From Catajapyx aquilonaris (lineage: Eukaryota), in contig KZ538700.1 of assembly GCA_000934665.2 (NCBI GenBank), positions 1-53,412 on the forward strand: a DNA stretch of 53,412 nt, given 5' to 3'. The notes below the pieces were generated by a model. The model saw nothing but the letters and a program-made list of their open reading frames with translations, searched no databases and was not told where the DNA came from. Of this stretch, positions 33,802-48,300 are shown in pieces. The position numbers and the translations under genes were made by a program. Position 1 is the first letter of the stretch, and the number at the start of each line of letters is the position of its first letter.

Positions 33802-36800
33802 CTACTAGTACAATTGACTCCTGATATAACAGACTAATGTTCACCTCACCTCTGCTATAACTGACCATTTATTGACCCCTCGGAGGGGAAAATATGCTGT
33901 TTTTTGATTATTCAAATACCATTCCCACGCACGGGAAGGCAGAGAATACTGGAAGGGGATGATTTTCGCATCTGTGACTGATCTAAGCTCCTGAAAATCA
34001 TTCTTTTTATGGTATATTTGACAACAAGGAGAGGGAAGAAGATTGCCGATTTTTTTGGGATGCTGCCTAATTTACCGGTGAGCTAATTTTGCATTTTTGT
34101 GGATAGTTTCATTTAATAAATGCAGAAGTGTGCATTTTAAGCATATGGAAAGCAGAAAACTTTGTGTATTCGTTGCGAAAGCGACCATTTGGTTATAACA
34201 ATTTTTCCGCGGTACCTTGAGGTCTGTTACATCCGGCGTCAATTGTCTTCCCGAGCCAAAAACTTGCCTCATACAATCGTATGCGCCAATTTGAACGCTG
34301 CCAACGAAGCTTGTCAAAAATCACGTCCAAAATATATGTCCAGAGGCACGTTATGCAGGAATGTTGCTCCGCACTAAAAACTTATGCCGTGGGCTTATCC
34401 GCATGAATTTTCTCACCGGTTTTCACCAAATATTTTCTTGTGACATAAACATGCTGCACTATTTTTCTCTCTCTCACGAATATGCCAGACGCTACCCTAT
34501 CTTTTGTAGCCAACCTTTAATTTAGTACAGTACCCGAAAGTGGGTCACACCTTTATCAAAGCCAACTTTACACTTTTACTCGAGTACTCACACTCCATGT
34601 TGCAATGGAGCCTGCACCGGATCCCCAAAGCGCCATACAGTGCTGGGCCTCCATTGAATGGACTGGCCCTGGTCGTAATGGAGGGTCAAGTCGGATCCTG
34701 GGGCAAAGGCGGCCGGAGAGAAAAGGTGATGATTAGAGAGTTTTCCAGGTGGGGGAGGGTGATCAGTCGTGAGGAAAGTAGCTAGAGCCTAATTAGGGCA
34801 GACGCCTCACCTTTTTTTCTCTCTAGGAGTACTGCAGCGGATGGGATTAGTGATTATCCTTTCCTCTGCCGGTGGAGGATTTTCTTCAAGGTGAAAGGTG
34901 TGTTTTTTTTTTCTTCTTCTTCTTAGGCCTCTTTCTCATCCCCGGTCTCTTCCGTCTTAGTGCCGACCTAGTTTTGAAGCAGGTAGATGAAGGTAAATGA
35001 CGGGGGGTGTATCGATTTTCAAGCCTGGAGCCTTGAGGATGAGTTTCACTTCGAATTAGACCTGGGGAAGAAGTGCTGAGCAAAAATATTTCGAAGCTCT
35101 GCTAACCTCTTAAGAAGTTGGCTGCTAAGTCATTCTTAAGTCTGGTCGCTGAACTCGCCAGTCAATCTCGACGTTTCTTTTAAGAGAACTACCTGGAGGG
35201 AAAAATAGACTCTTGTTTTTAAAAATTCGAATTTATATAGTAAAATTTTAGCAGATGAATTAATTTTTGCAAATGGATTAGAGCCAACAGGACCACATGG
35301 AGCTAGGCCTACTAGGCCTAGCTCCATGTGGTCCTGTTGGCTATAAATATATCGTTTCGATTCGCTCCTTTGGCCCCATAGGCTCATGGCGCCACCAGTG
35401 CTGACCTAGTTCAATATTGTGCCCATTTTTGCGTAGGAATAGTTTAATAGCGAAGTCAGAGTACTGAACTTTTAGAAGGATAGTAGTGTGAGGTATTGGC
35501 AGGATAGGGGAGAAAAAACGTGCGGATTCTGCCATCGGCGGCCACTGGGATCCCATTTTGGCCAATCAATATTCGGAGGCTGAGGAATACGAGGCCACAC
35601 CAGGGGCTTTTGCGAGAGAGAAAAAAAATGGAGGCTTGACAAGCACGCTGGGAATAACAGAAATTACATTTAACTTCTATAGGAACATGGTGGGGTTGGA
35701 AGCTGGGATTTTCATTTCCACTCGATGACCCAAGCGTGACTGTAATCATTTAGCCTCCGGAGGACCTTGACAAGGTGAAGGAGTTGCGTCTGGAACCAGG
35801 CAGGCAGCTCATTAATAACCCAGGAAGACCCAGAGGTAAAAGAGGAGGAGGAGGGCGATGACGAATTTATAGCACTCTGGCGTTTATGACCATATTAGCA
35901 GCACATGAGAAGGCCCCCAACTCTATTTGCAAAAAAAGGAGAGGAACACTTAATGTTCATCCCCTGGAGGTTGCAATGGGATGCATACAAAATTGATGCG
36001 CTTCAGAGAAGAGTGTGCTTTAGGGTTGGCTGATTGAAATTCGTAAAATTACGTCTGAATTCAGCCCGAAGAATCTGGCAACTAATTTGCAACACTATTA
36101 GACCTCTTGGAAAACAACTCGGGACATGCTGTCCAATGTGACTGAAAACAACTGGCAGCGACAGAAGGACTCAAGTAAGAAGGACTCATTCTGCATTCTA
36201 AGTGAAAGTTCCCCTGAAGCACACACACACACGTAACTATTCGCACTTGAATGGGCCCCCAAGATGGCGTCCAACAAAGAAACCCTCCCGGCCACCGCTT
36301 TTGGGAAGCTGGTTGCGGAGGAGCAAGTTGTAACGGCAGGGGTCGGAGTGTCCCCGTGGAGACCGCTGACACTGACGAATGAGGCGTTGGTCAGCCGGGG
36401 CCGACCTCCTGGGGGCCAAACCCAGGGTCCCATCTCGCCAACCCCCCCACCCTCCACCATCGTGTATATATACCCAGAGGGGCAGGCAAAGGCGTGACTC
36501 TATCCCTCCAGAGCATAAGGCCCCCCTCTCTCCTTATTCTTTTTCGCAGCCTTTTGTTCTGAACCGTGGTGGATGCGAGCATTGTTGCAGGGGATGCCAC
36601 TGGGGGGTTAATTAAGGTACGGTTAGGGGGTATACAACCGAAAGTGTGAATGGGGAAAACAGGGGCGGTTAATTCGACGGCTGGATAAATCCGGGGTCCG
36701 GAAAAGGGCAGGCGAAAATTTTTTGAGTTGCCTTTTTAGCTGCAACAATGGCTGGTTACATACACACACAAAAAAGAATAGGCAAGAGGTTGGTGCAAGT

Positions 36801-38791
36801 TCCCCTTTTAAAGTTGGACGTCTCGTTCATCATCAAGCTAGGGCTTTTTTGAATGCAGTCAGTGTTGTGTGATAAAAGATAATGGTGGTCTATATAGCTG
36901 CTGATCCGCAGTAATTCCCCGGAATGATAAGACGCACAATCTATAAGTTAAGTGTTGTGCCACACCCGCATGTATCTTATCGGTGGGAGTGATTGAAATA
37001 TTGGTCTGCAAATGTAATGTTTTAATGTAACAATATGAAAGAAATGTGTTTTTATAACAGCATGTAATTATTTTATTCGTGTAGACAAGTTATCTCTCTC
37101 AGGAGCTAATTAACAATAGTGTGCAATTTTTTTACCGTTTGTTCCCGCTGAAAGAAGTAACGAATAATGTTGCAATAATTCGCGAATCAATATTTTTATC
37201 CTAATTGTAACATGCAGTTTCTTTCCCGATTGATTGCCTCACTGTCCGATTAGACATCAAAATATTTCTCCAGTTAACGTCGTGGTTAAAAAATGAATTA
37301 ATTCGGAGGTTTTTAACCCCGTTAACTATAGTGACTCTGCGGTGTATCCAGGTTTATAGTGTACCGCAGTAATTCCCAATATTAAACCTGCGCATTGACG
37401 CCATGTGCTTGCACACAGACCGTGAGTCTTGATTTGCTTGGAGCTAATCGTACAAACGGACCGTATAGTGTTTATTAAATAGTGAAAGTTTGCGCTTCAG
37501 GAGGGAAATTCTCCGGGTTTTTGTTTTTTTCGCTATTTTGGTGCCTGTTTAGCGGCATTCCCCCCCCCCCCCCCCNTCCCCCCCTGACCATGTTTGTTTT
37601 TTGGTCAGGCGGGAGCATTTACTGTAGTATTTTTATTAACCCATGGGCCTCTCGTGACACTTGCCGGGGTTGGAATTTACTCTACGCGTCAAGGATTGCT
37701 TTAATGCAGCCAATTAGTAGGTTTTAGAGAGCGTAAAAAAAAACTCTTCATTCCAAATGCAGATTTGAGCTGGAAATCCGCATTTGGTGTTATTGTGACA
37801 GTAGCCATGTGTTTATTATGATAATTCCGTTCCTGTAAGTTCAATGCTTCGTATAATTGAGCCCAGGCCCAGGGCGCGGGTTAAATATAAGCCGGTGCCC
37901 CCGCCGAAAATCCAATAAACACAATACGCTTAGCCGTATAGTTGTAATTTATTTTTGGACCCGGTCCTATTGAACACAAAAAAAAAAATTTGCAGGCTAG
38001 AATTGATTATCGGTGAGGTGCGGTTCTTAATATTTTTTTTGCTCGCTAAAAATTTGCAAGTGATTAAGGCCCAGTCCCATGTTTGCACAGCAACCGCGAC
38101 CGTGCAGCTGATTAACTCACATAGTGTTTGGACAATTCGGGCCAAATCCCAAGCACTAATATTGTGTCGCTGTCACTTGGCAGCGACATAAGGCGAGCCT
38201 GGTTTGTTCATAATTAAAAAAAAGAAGTACTTGCTTTGTTTAATTATCACGCGTAGGTGGTCATGGCCTTCGAGGTTTTGACCGCGAATGAGTAAGCAAT
38301 TTTTTTGTACTTTTTTGTATTTTAACGTTTCGGTGTCCATGCAAGGCCAGATCACTGATCAGTCTGAGTGGAGTTTTACGGCGTCATATACCTGTCGGAG
38401 TATAACATTTCAAGTCGTACCTAGGAATCCTGCGTGCATCGTCTTTTTCCCAGCCGGTCGTGTTTCACGTTTTGATGTAGATACTCACCCCACCACCTCA
38501 CCTGCCCCGAAAAACCACATCTTCTTCTCTTGATATATGCAGCCAGTTTCCTTGGAACCGAACCGCACGCTGCCGGCATCCAAAACAGGTTCTGTAGGAA
38601 TCGGAGGGGGTGCAGAGACATAAAATTATAAGGATTGTAATCATGGTGGTTACACGTGGGAAATCATCTCCTCTCATTTCCCAGCCAATAATTTTCTACC
38701 GGTGCCAAAGTGTTGCGGGGCACTCCGACCAATTGGAGGTGTCGCATGCTCATTCATTGTTCTAACCATATTTAGTGGTTTTTGAGAGAGT

Positions 38792-38921
38792 ATGCGAAGG
38801 GACAAGGAGTGTGATTGGTGGCAGCTGGCTCATGCGAAGGGGCGAGGATTGTGATTGGTGGCAGCTTGGCTCATACGCAGGGGCAAGGACTGTGATTGGT
38901 GGCAGCGCGGCGCATGCGCAG
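38792..38921. repeat. 3 x ~41-bp degenerate tandem repeat
   Basis: ATGCGAAGGGGCRAGGAnTGTGATTGGTGGCAGC(T)GGCTC repeated three times. Confidence 0.85.
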
Positions 38922-41900
38922 TTTGAAATGACAGCTGGCCTCAGCATTGCAGTACACATCCAATGAGGCTAAGATAAACTGGAAGGCTCTAAGAAGTCAA
39001 AATGTTTGAAACGGATCGCAGGCGCCATAATGGACCAAAATGCATTGTTCTTGACAAATGATAGCAATGGGACCGAAATTAGTCGTATGGCAGTTTCCGT
39101 ACTTTTGCAGGTAAATTGGGGGGGAGTAATTGCGAAATCCAGCTTTCATCTGGTTACTTAAACTGCTCTCTGGTAAGCCCTGTGGGTGCTCAGAGTGCTA
39201 TTGTGATCCCAGTTTCTAAACACTGGATGAATAATGGCTTTCAGAGTAATGTAGTATTTAGGTTCTAGGAAACTGCGGGCTGTATTTCCATCTGCTGGAA
39301 TTAATAATCAGTGGCTTATTTTCAGTTCGCAGCGTTTATACTTGCTGCGGTTTTGCTGCAGACGTCTGAGGAGATGAATTTGATTCGAGTTAATTGGTGG
39401 AATTTCCGCCGATATGATACAGCGCTGAATACTGCTATAGGAGGGAGACTTTGTTATTAATTTGGTAGACTGTAACCTCTGCAAAATGAAATCATTTCGC
39501 TATACGTTACCTATATATACAGTTAATATATAGTGACTCGCCTGGAAATGAATATTATTACTTGGTTGCGTTCTCCAGTACCGCGTGTATTTTTGCACTG
39601 GCTTAATAGGCGAATTTACATACTCTGATGCGAAGTTTTGGCAGTGAACATTGTCGTATTTTCATTAGCTAGTGTAGTGCAATTGAAGCACGTTAAAATC
39701 CATCACTCAATACTCAGCAATTTTTTTTTAAATAAGCAAGTTTAGTTACAAGTGTTGCTGGCCATGTATATACTTGAACAATCGCAGCTTTTTAATACCC
39801 GCAGCTGAGCCTACATTTTAATACCCGAGCCTCCGTGAAGGAAAACTGAACAGTAATGAAACTTTTCCTTGTCATGGTTTTGAGCTTGTTTGTTTAAGCT
39901 GGAGGCGCCCTTCTGCACAAATTAATTTCGGCCTGCACCTTCCCTCCCCTCCGAGTTATTTGGATTTTACGGATATCTGATCTGGTGCGAAGCGTATTCA
40001 AGCCGGGGTATGGTTGTTGAAAGGGATGCAACCTGACGAGGAGAAAAGGAGCGATATAAGTTGCTGAGGGTTGCCTTAGCTCCAGGCTGATATTCATTGG
40101 AGCTGTTGCCTTTGCCGCGTCGTTTGTGCCTGGATCAATGCGCATCAAGTATAGCCGGGTTGGGGGAGGCAAATCAATTGGCCGAGTATAGTCCTGGGCT
40201 CTGTTGTTATGATGCACATTAGGAGCACCGGAGTGGTCAACCCTCCCCGCCGAGCAGTGATTGATTAGGTGATGGCTACCGAAAGGATCCTTTTGCCGCT
40301 ACGGGGACGGATGGAAATTTGATTTGGAGCCAGTGAGTCAAGCTCGGCGAAAGTGGACGACAATACATGGGAACTTCGTGATTTCCAAGGAAGGAAATCA
40401 AAAATAATACAAATGCAGTTATGGTTAAATTCCGATCACTAAGTAGTTCCATGTTAAATATTTTACCGCACATTTTTGCTCTTGTTAGGCTGTGTAACGA
40501 TAGAGTTTGCCACCAGCAGTTGTTAATAATGTACGAGACGTGTGTCACTCTAACAAGGACGTGTTTCCTCAAATGGGGGTAGTAAATAAATAAATGTGAT
40601 TAGTGTTGTCTTCCGTTCACTTTGTGTCACGTCACTTCAATTCATCACTGAGTCGTAAATTCGGAATGGCCATTTTTTATACTTCAGTTATTGTTCGCAT
40701 GAGGCCTATACGCATCTTACAAATAATCATCACGAATGTCTGTTGTGGCCTATAAGACGTTGCACCGTTTCAAATATTAATATATTACGGCCAAATTATA
40801 CGCCAAATAATTACTAGACTGCTACAATTGCTGGAACCGCAATGTTGGAATTAGCTGTTCACATCGCTGGATATGGAATTGTTACTTTGGTTTCCCGCCT
40901 CAGAACAATGCAGCATGTATACACTGGCACAATTACGGTGCATTAAACATCAATCATATTACTACGAAATACACTAACATATGATGGCTCTCAGCGCCAG
41001 CGGAAATGGAAAACATATACCATCCCGTGGCAATGAGTGCCGAAAAAGTTCCCCATAATTGATTGTGCCAACAATTTTTTTTATGAGCCCTATGCATGAA
41101 TTAATCCTTGTGGAATGTTGGTTAATCTAATCATACGCACGCATTATACGGGGCAGTAACTTCGGTCATAATTGCCAGCATGAATCAATATTTAGATGTA
41201 CCGCGCAGAAATAACTTTGTATTTAACATGTGATGGACTGATTTTGATTGCTCGTTGCTGGAAGGCAAGTACCGTTAATTGCGACCGCTGTTGAGCAATA
41301 CATATTATAGGAAGATGCCAGCAAAACTGTGGGGGTAAAACTGATTGATGATTACTCATTCATTTTTGCACCGAGCGTCGTTAAATTATCGTGTTGCATG
41401 TCTAGGATGTATTTGTTACTGAACTAACAGGGGCGTCATTTAAAAAAATAGCTTACGGCGTCCTCGCCCTAATTAGCCTTATTAGTTAGTAGCCGAATAT
41501 TGCTAGGATTCCGAATATGAAGAGAGATGTGGCACACTCTTAACCAGGCCAGACCAGCAATCAATCACAGCGTACGTAATAGGCACCTTCGAGCAATTCA
41601 GGTGCAAAAAAATTATTTTGCTTAATTTTCAATGTCTATATAGATCTGACCCCGAGTAAATTGACGTATACCTGGCCCAGTTACACGGTTTAAGGAATTG
41701 GTGATGATATGGCTGCCACTATACTTAGCCAGTTTGTGGGGCCAACTAATGCTTGGGAGTTGTAATTGACGTGGAGTAATCCACTGATTAAAACGTTCCT
41801 GTAATTGACGTTGGTGCAGGGGGGGTCGGATGGAATGAAGGTCTTAATTCCAGCAGCCCAGGACAAATGTTTGCCCGATCATTAGCATTCAGTAAGGGTG

Positions 41901-42249
41901 CTTATAATTTGCATCTCTTTTTCCCCCCTTCTGCTCCTTCCCCCTACTTAAACGCGGCAGGAGAAATTATAATCTTGGTTTTCTAGCTCTTGTTTTTGGG
42001 AAACCAGCGGAGCACGGGTATTTAAGGAAGTCTATCAATCTCTTAGGTGCTTTTTTTAGCTTTTTTTTGGTAGACGGTAATGGTTTAATTTACTTCAGTG
42101 CTTGGTATAGGAAGAGATATAATTAGCAGAACTGAAAGCTATTCCCTGATTGGGACTATACTAAAAGTTGAATCTACTTTACACGATTGTGTTGGTAATA
42201 TTTACTTGAAAGGGAAAAAAGGGGGATCCATTTTCCAAACTCTGCCCGG

Positions 42250-42356
42250 CAGTGTAAATTAGTAATTTTGCAATAATTATTTGTAAAGTTACCTTCAAAT
42301 TGCCAATTTTAAGGTAACTTTACAAATAATTATTACAAAATTACAAATTTACAGTA
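42250..42356. mobile_element. About 105-bp near-perfect palindrome, MITE-like
   Basis: TGTAAATTAGTAATTTTGCAATAATTATTTGTAAAGTTACCTT ... AAGGTAACTTTACAAATAATTATTACAAAATTACAAATTTACA; ends resemble CACTGTAAA. Confidence 0.75.
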
Positions 42357-45300
42357 TATGAATAGTGCACATTACAATTTATTGAGATTCTTCCACTCTC
42401 TGTACAACTTATGAAAATATGAATTGGTTGCCCCGGATTTATATTGGCGTAAAAGAATATGACCCAAGCTGGTTGTTTATGTTCACCAAGTGTGGCCCTG
42501 CAAAGTTTACTGGCTGATTGTGGTCCAACTGCAGCATCAAGTTGGGCATGCGGATACTGAATTATTCGGCAAGCGTACGGCCACCGGGTAAGAGAGAAAA
42601 ACTAATTTAAACCACTGGTGTAAACAATCAATACGGGGGCAGGTTGTTGCCCAGAAGTTGCAAAAAAAAAAAAAAATCTTCTTCTCGTTTAATGATCTGC
42701 AGAATGTGGGTTACTGGGGCTAAAATAGCTACGTGTAAACGTGGTGACTAAATCACTTTTTTGATGTCCTTTTCCCTCCACCTTTATACACCTGGAGATT
42801 CCATAACATTTGGGTCCGAATCTGTTTGTCCGGAGGGCCATCAAGCGGGACCCTTAACATGTACTAAACACGGGCAAGTATATTTAGCTGGCCACAAAAG
42901 ACTGGTTTAGAGTCCTGCCCCGGTGTCGGGTCCGAGTCGGAATGGGTCCAGGCCTGGCTCTTCTTTTCCCTGGGAAAATTGGCGTTTGGAGGAACAAGAG
43001 AAAGTCCAGGTAAAATGTGAGACGGCTCGGAAAGTCCGGTGGGGACAGTAGTGTCGTTCCCAACTATGTCGTGTTGCGTCCGGACTCTCTGAGCTGAGCT
43101 CGCTCTGCGGGCTCGTTTCCATCCAGGAAAGGCCTATTGATCAAGGGAGAGGGGGTTCCTATATAGAGAGTCAGTCGGAAAGGGAGATTCCAAGGAGGCC
43201 TTTCTATGCGGGCTCTGCCAGTTCAATGCCTATTGCTCATCTTTGACGCCATATTGGTGCTCTTTTTTTTGGTGAGGCCTAAAGCTCCTCGGGCACCCTT
43301 TAACGATGTGTTGGCCGGCGAATTACCAGCACTCCGACTAGCAGTGACGATCAGTACTGTACCAGTGCAATGTCCATTATTTGGGCTTGTCAATAGCGAG
43401 GGTGGTGATACAAAAAGGGCCTGTATTATATATATTTTTATAGCGACCGATTTAGTCCATTTGGCTATTATTGGGGAGGACGCCAAATGCGACTAGTGTG
43501 TAGAACAAATGCGAATGATTCAGAGCAGAACATATCGGGGCCTATTCACACCATCATTCGGCCATTCACGGCGCTAACCCTATTTCGATTTGCAAAGCGT
43601 TTACCAAGCTGACAATTGTTCCGGATTGTTGAGTCGTAAATAACGGAACCGCTTTAGTAAGATATATGTGCGCTGCATGTAGGCCCTCGCCGCATAATAG
43701 CCTAGGTCCCCCCCCCCCTCTCTATACATAAATAGTGCGGCATTATGCTGCTGCAGTTTTATTTTCAGAGTTCGAGATACCACATATAGTTTGGGGTTGT
43801 GGGGGGGACCCTATTGTGCCTGTCGATATTATCCGGCTGCTGAGGGTAGACTGACGAGTGAGTAAACAGCGTCGGCATAGGTAATAAGCTGCAGGAGGTC
43901 GAAAACCGACCAGCAGATGGCCAGATTAAGGGAGATAGATTGTACAGGGTGAGTCAACCAGGTTGGGCCTACTGTATAGGACGTAGGATCTGACCAGTAA
44001 ATGTTTGTTCCAATGAATAGCCAAACTCTGGCCAAACTGTGCCTGATTGCTCATTTGTTGGCGCATAGAGCGTACTAGATAAAGGTATCGATTGTGTGCA
44101 CTGGAGAAAAGCGTCTTAAAGATCAGTCAGTAGCAAGGTTTGTTCTATCCTTTAGTATTTGACAGAGTCGAGATTGGAAAAGGCAGGAAAGGGCTTGATT
44201 TCGATTCTTCTCCACCCACTTCCTCCTCCCCTGGAAAACTCCGGATGTGTCCTCCCCAGTCACCGTCCCGTAATAAAGTTTAAGCGATTACCAGGAACTA
44301 TTTTCGTGTTAGCTATATAGTTGAAGGGGGAGGGGAGGTTGGAAATGAATAGGTGCTTTCAATTTGACAGTTGCAAAGTTCGGTACATTGGCTGAATTAT
44401 ACTGGATAGCCCATGCTGTCTACATAATGGGTTTCCGTTATCGATTCACCGGGAAATTCAGTTGTCGAAAAAAAAGGAGAGAACTTTTCGAAGGCCCCCG
44501 TTGTCTGCGCCTCTGTGGTTTTGGTTAAATGCAATGGGGCTGGCTGGGGCTATGGCTGACTGTAGGCCTAATTCTATTTGACAAGCAGCGAGGAAAAGGA
44601 AAGGAACGCAAATGCTTCATCGCTCATTGCCTTTCGTAATTAATGGAAGGTGCTCATTTTCGCCCTGGGGAGTCTGAAGGGAAAGCATCCTGGAATGGGA
44701 AATGCCTCGCCCGTCCCCGCTTCCAAATTGTGCTCTTGGGGAGCTAACTAACTGCGGGGCCCACTTCCACTTTTGGGCAGATTTTGGGGATGGGGAGCTC
44801 CTATTGTCGAGGCAAGTCACACCGGAAATGGATACCGCGTTTTCTCCAGAGGAACGGTGAACCGCGGTTGGTTCCGACCATCCCTAAGGCTGGGAATAAC
44901 GACCCAGAGACATCTCTCGAGGGGGTTCACCCAGTTTTCTCTGTGTCCTGGCATGCCTAATCGCACTCATATTATGAGACCAGGGTTGCCAAAATAATTT
45001 TAAAAAAAACAACTGAAAATTCTACAGAAAGTGACCCGCTATGTACGACGTTGGTGCCATCTCTGGAGGAGTTGATCCAGTTACGTCGGGTGTCCCCGGG
45101 TGGAAAATATAAAGGAAGGAAGCGTGACAGTAGGGGTGGCATAATAGTCGGTTGTGGCTGGTTGCGTCGGTGTAACCGCCGCCTGAAGGAGCTTAGTGCA
45201 AGATTGTCGCTCGCCAGATGATGGCTCCAGGAGGATTGCTGAGCAGCAAAGCTTGTGGCAAATCGATTATTTAATGCATTTAATTTGGCCTGGGACCAAC

Positions 45301-48300
45301 GAAGAGAGAGAGAGAGAGCCGGAGAGAGAGAAGGAGGATGGCCGGGAAGTGACTGCACTGTAAATAGGCGGCGGAGCAAGGAAGGAATCCTTAGCACAGG
45401 CCTTTGAGAGATGGGTGGCGTCATAGCGCCGGCGCCTATACCACTCATCTGTATAGGCCTTCCCCCAGCAGCAGCACTATCTGCAGCAAGCTCCTGTGTT
45501 GGGGTAATGGAGTGTGGAAAAGCCGCAGTGCACCCGAGTGGAGGCCGAACCTCCGCTTCAATGGTGCTGGTTAGGCCAAGGTGAAATACAGAGAGAGAGA
45601 GAAGGGGGGGGGGTCCTGGTGCCACTGCAGGGGCTTAACAGCCCCACTATTCACTCCCAATGTGTGGGTCCTCGATCCGCCAAAGTGCCTCTGGGAAGTT
45701 GCAAGCCTACAAACCCCACACCCTGTACCAAACCACCACACCCTACAGCCTGATGGACGGCATGGAGATGGAAGAAATAAGCCTTCTCTCATCTTATATG
45801 CGCTACTCTTAATTGTATATGCAGGGTGTTCCTTAGAAGCATCCTTTAAAGCAGTATAGACGAAGCTACCGTCAGAACAGCTCTTGGGGTCATGGGAGAA
45901 CGAAGCCCCCCCACCACGGCAAGGAGAGATGCATTGGGAGAGGGTCCTTTAAAGCCCTGGTTAATAATGTTGCTGCTGACACCACCACTCGTGTATTTTG
46001 GAAGTGCATTGTGTTGCATGTTGGCTCAGTTGGTGGAGGGTTCGATTCCCAGAGCAGCTCCCGGGCATTGTGGCGTGTCAAAATGATTGGCACTCCCCGT
46101 TTGATGAATATGTCAGGCCCACAAAAGGACTGTTTACAAATTTTACATGGGGAGCCTCCCTGTCTAGTAATGGGTATTTTATTAGTCTGCAACAATGACG
46201 TGACGCTAACAGAGCTACTTGACATCTTGCGCGTACAATATGCATGGGGCCCTGCTGCAACAGGGAATGATGAATGATGGTCAAGAAGCCGCGTCCCCCG
46301 AATAATATATAAACTCGCATTTACTTGACAGGCCAGGGGAACATATCGTCTAGTGACACCATTAGGTTTGATATTCTGACGTGTAATTGGCTGTACCGAC
46401 TTGTTTAGTAGCCCTCCCCGTTTTGAATTGTTTTAGAGGGGCAGCAGGCTTTGGTGTACAGAAAATAATGCGGGATATTGCTTTGTTTTCAATTTTGGGC
46501 CAGCGCGAAATGCAAACTGCATATAACTAGCGGTTGAAGAACTCGTTCGGCCCGATTCATGGCATGTGGTGACAATTGAATATGAATATTTCATTGGCTG
46601 TTGATGCGCTATGATGGGTTTAACTTCATTTATAGCCAGACGTGAAACGCGATGTCCCCAGCACCAGTCGATATATACCGACATTTCCTTCCTGTCGACA
46701 ATACAATTTTTGCAGGGTCCGAAGGAAGGGTCTGGGAAATATCTCGCAAAAAAAAAAACCCAGAACTGATACAATTCCCATGGCGTTTTTGGTCCCATCA
46801 ATTTACATTTTCCGCCCTTGCTTCAAATCGGATTTTGATTACAAGTTAGCGTCTGAGGAGTTGATTTTGCTAGTTTTGGCGCTTGGAAATTACGTCGGGC
46901 TTTTGGAGGCTATAGGGACTGTATACCCCTCCCTAGTTCCCCCCCCCCCCCCAATCCTCCTCCCATCCCCTCTTTTGCCCTGGATTAGATAAGCGACAGC
47001 ACATCATCAACTCACGTGAAACGAATTTTAAAGCCCCCCCGAGTGTGTAGCTGCACCCTACTAAAAGTGGCGGAATTTTCTGAAAAGCACGAGGAAGCTG
47101 AGCAGGACGTGTTGAACGTGTAACCATGGACATAATCCGCGGTCGGAATCATTGTTTCCAATTTTTCGATCCGTACCCTGCACTTTTTTTTTTTTTTTTT
47201 TTTTTGAGGGGGATATAGCACCAACTTGGCTTTGATATACGTTCAATTTATCGCGTCTACTGTGAATGGCCTGTCATGGACTGGCAGCTCAACTTTTTTT
47301 AAAAAAAAAAAATATAGAGTTGAATAATTCACCCTGAAGGCTTTCGTAATTGTGGATGTGTGAGTGTATGAAAAAGGTGGGTAGGATTTTGTGGGCTGTA
47401 CAATTCAGAACACCGGTGCGGTTTTCTGACCGTAAATCATGCAGAGGCTTCAACTGGTGATGATTTTACGGCCGGATTAACGGAATGAGTGAAAGAAGCC
47501 GTGGCAGGTTTTAAAATCTAATGGAATGCTCAAACCCGAGGAATGTTTTAAATAGTAAGCCCGCGTTTTAGACCTTTTGCTGCATAAAACGGGCTGGGGG
47601 GACTTTATCAGAGAGTGAGTTTTAGGTATATGGAAATATTTTTTGGGTGGAGACCGAAATGGGAAGGAGGTCAGTATATAAGGCTCATCCTGTGATTAAT
47701 TTAAGGGGGGAAATTTTCTTTGGACAAATTTGAGCTTCCACGTGGTTCGGTCAATGGCAGCTTGAAAAATTCATCTCGGAGAGTCACTTCTGAGAATTCT
47801 GGTCTCGCGTGCTGGGTTCAAAAAATTGTGTCTACACACGAGGATTCCTCGTTATGAAAAGCGTTGCCATGATGTATATAAAAAAAAATCATCGTTGTGA
47901 CGGAGCCCGCGACGAATAGACAAGAACAGTGTGTGAACCCGGCTTGAAGCAGATGAAATTGCGTATATGTCTGACAGTAATAGCAGGGAACCAAGGACAT
48001 GTCGCCTCGTAAAAGGGTTGGGGCCCATGCAGTGAATAAGCCCTGGTGTTGGTAGGGGTAAAAGCGAGGCCGAGGCGGTATGATGCATATTTAATAATTA
48101 GTTTCCGTCGTCGCCGCAGGGGGGGAAAGCCTACCTCCTGAACTTTTGTATATTTACAGAGCCATTATGTGCAAACTACCCCCTGTTTAAAATTTTGCGA
48201 TGGTCATTCTCGCGTTGGGTTCATTGTGATGCGAGCATTACGATAAATTGGGCCCTCCGTTTTGCCGCACTTGCCGGAGCACAACGTTGCAGCTGCTGGA

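Noticed and set aside
36264..36497. 77-aa ORF starting in CAAGATGGCG context
   Set aside because: No homology recognised; the motif is equally a YY1/Pho-like site
44972..45625. 217-aa minus-strand ORF
   Set aside because: Low complexity, crosses GA repeats, no recognisable domain
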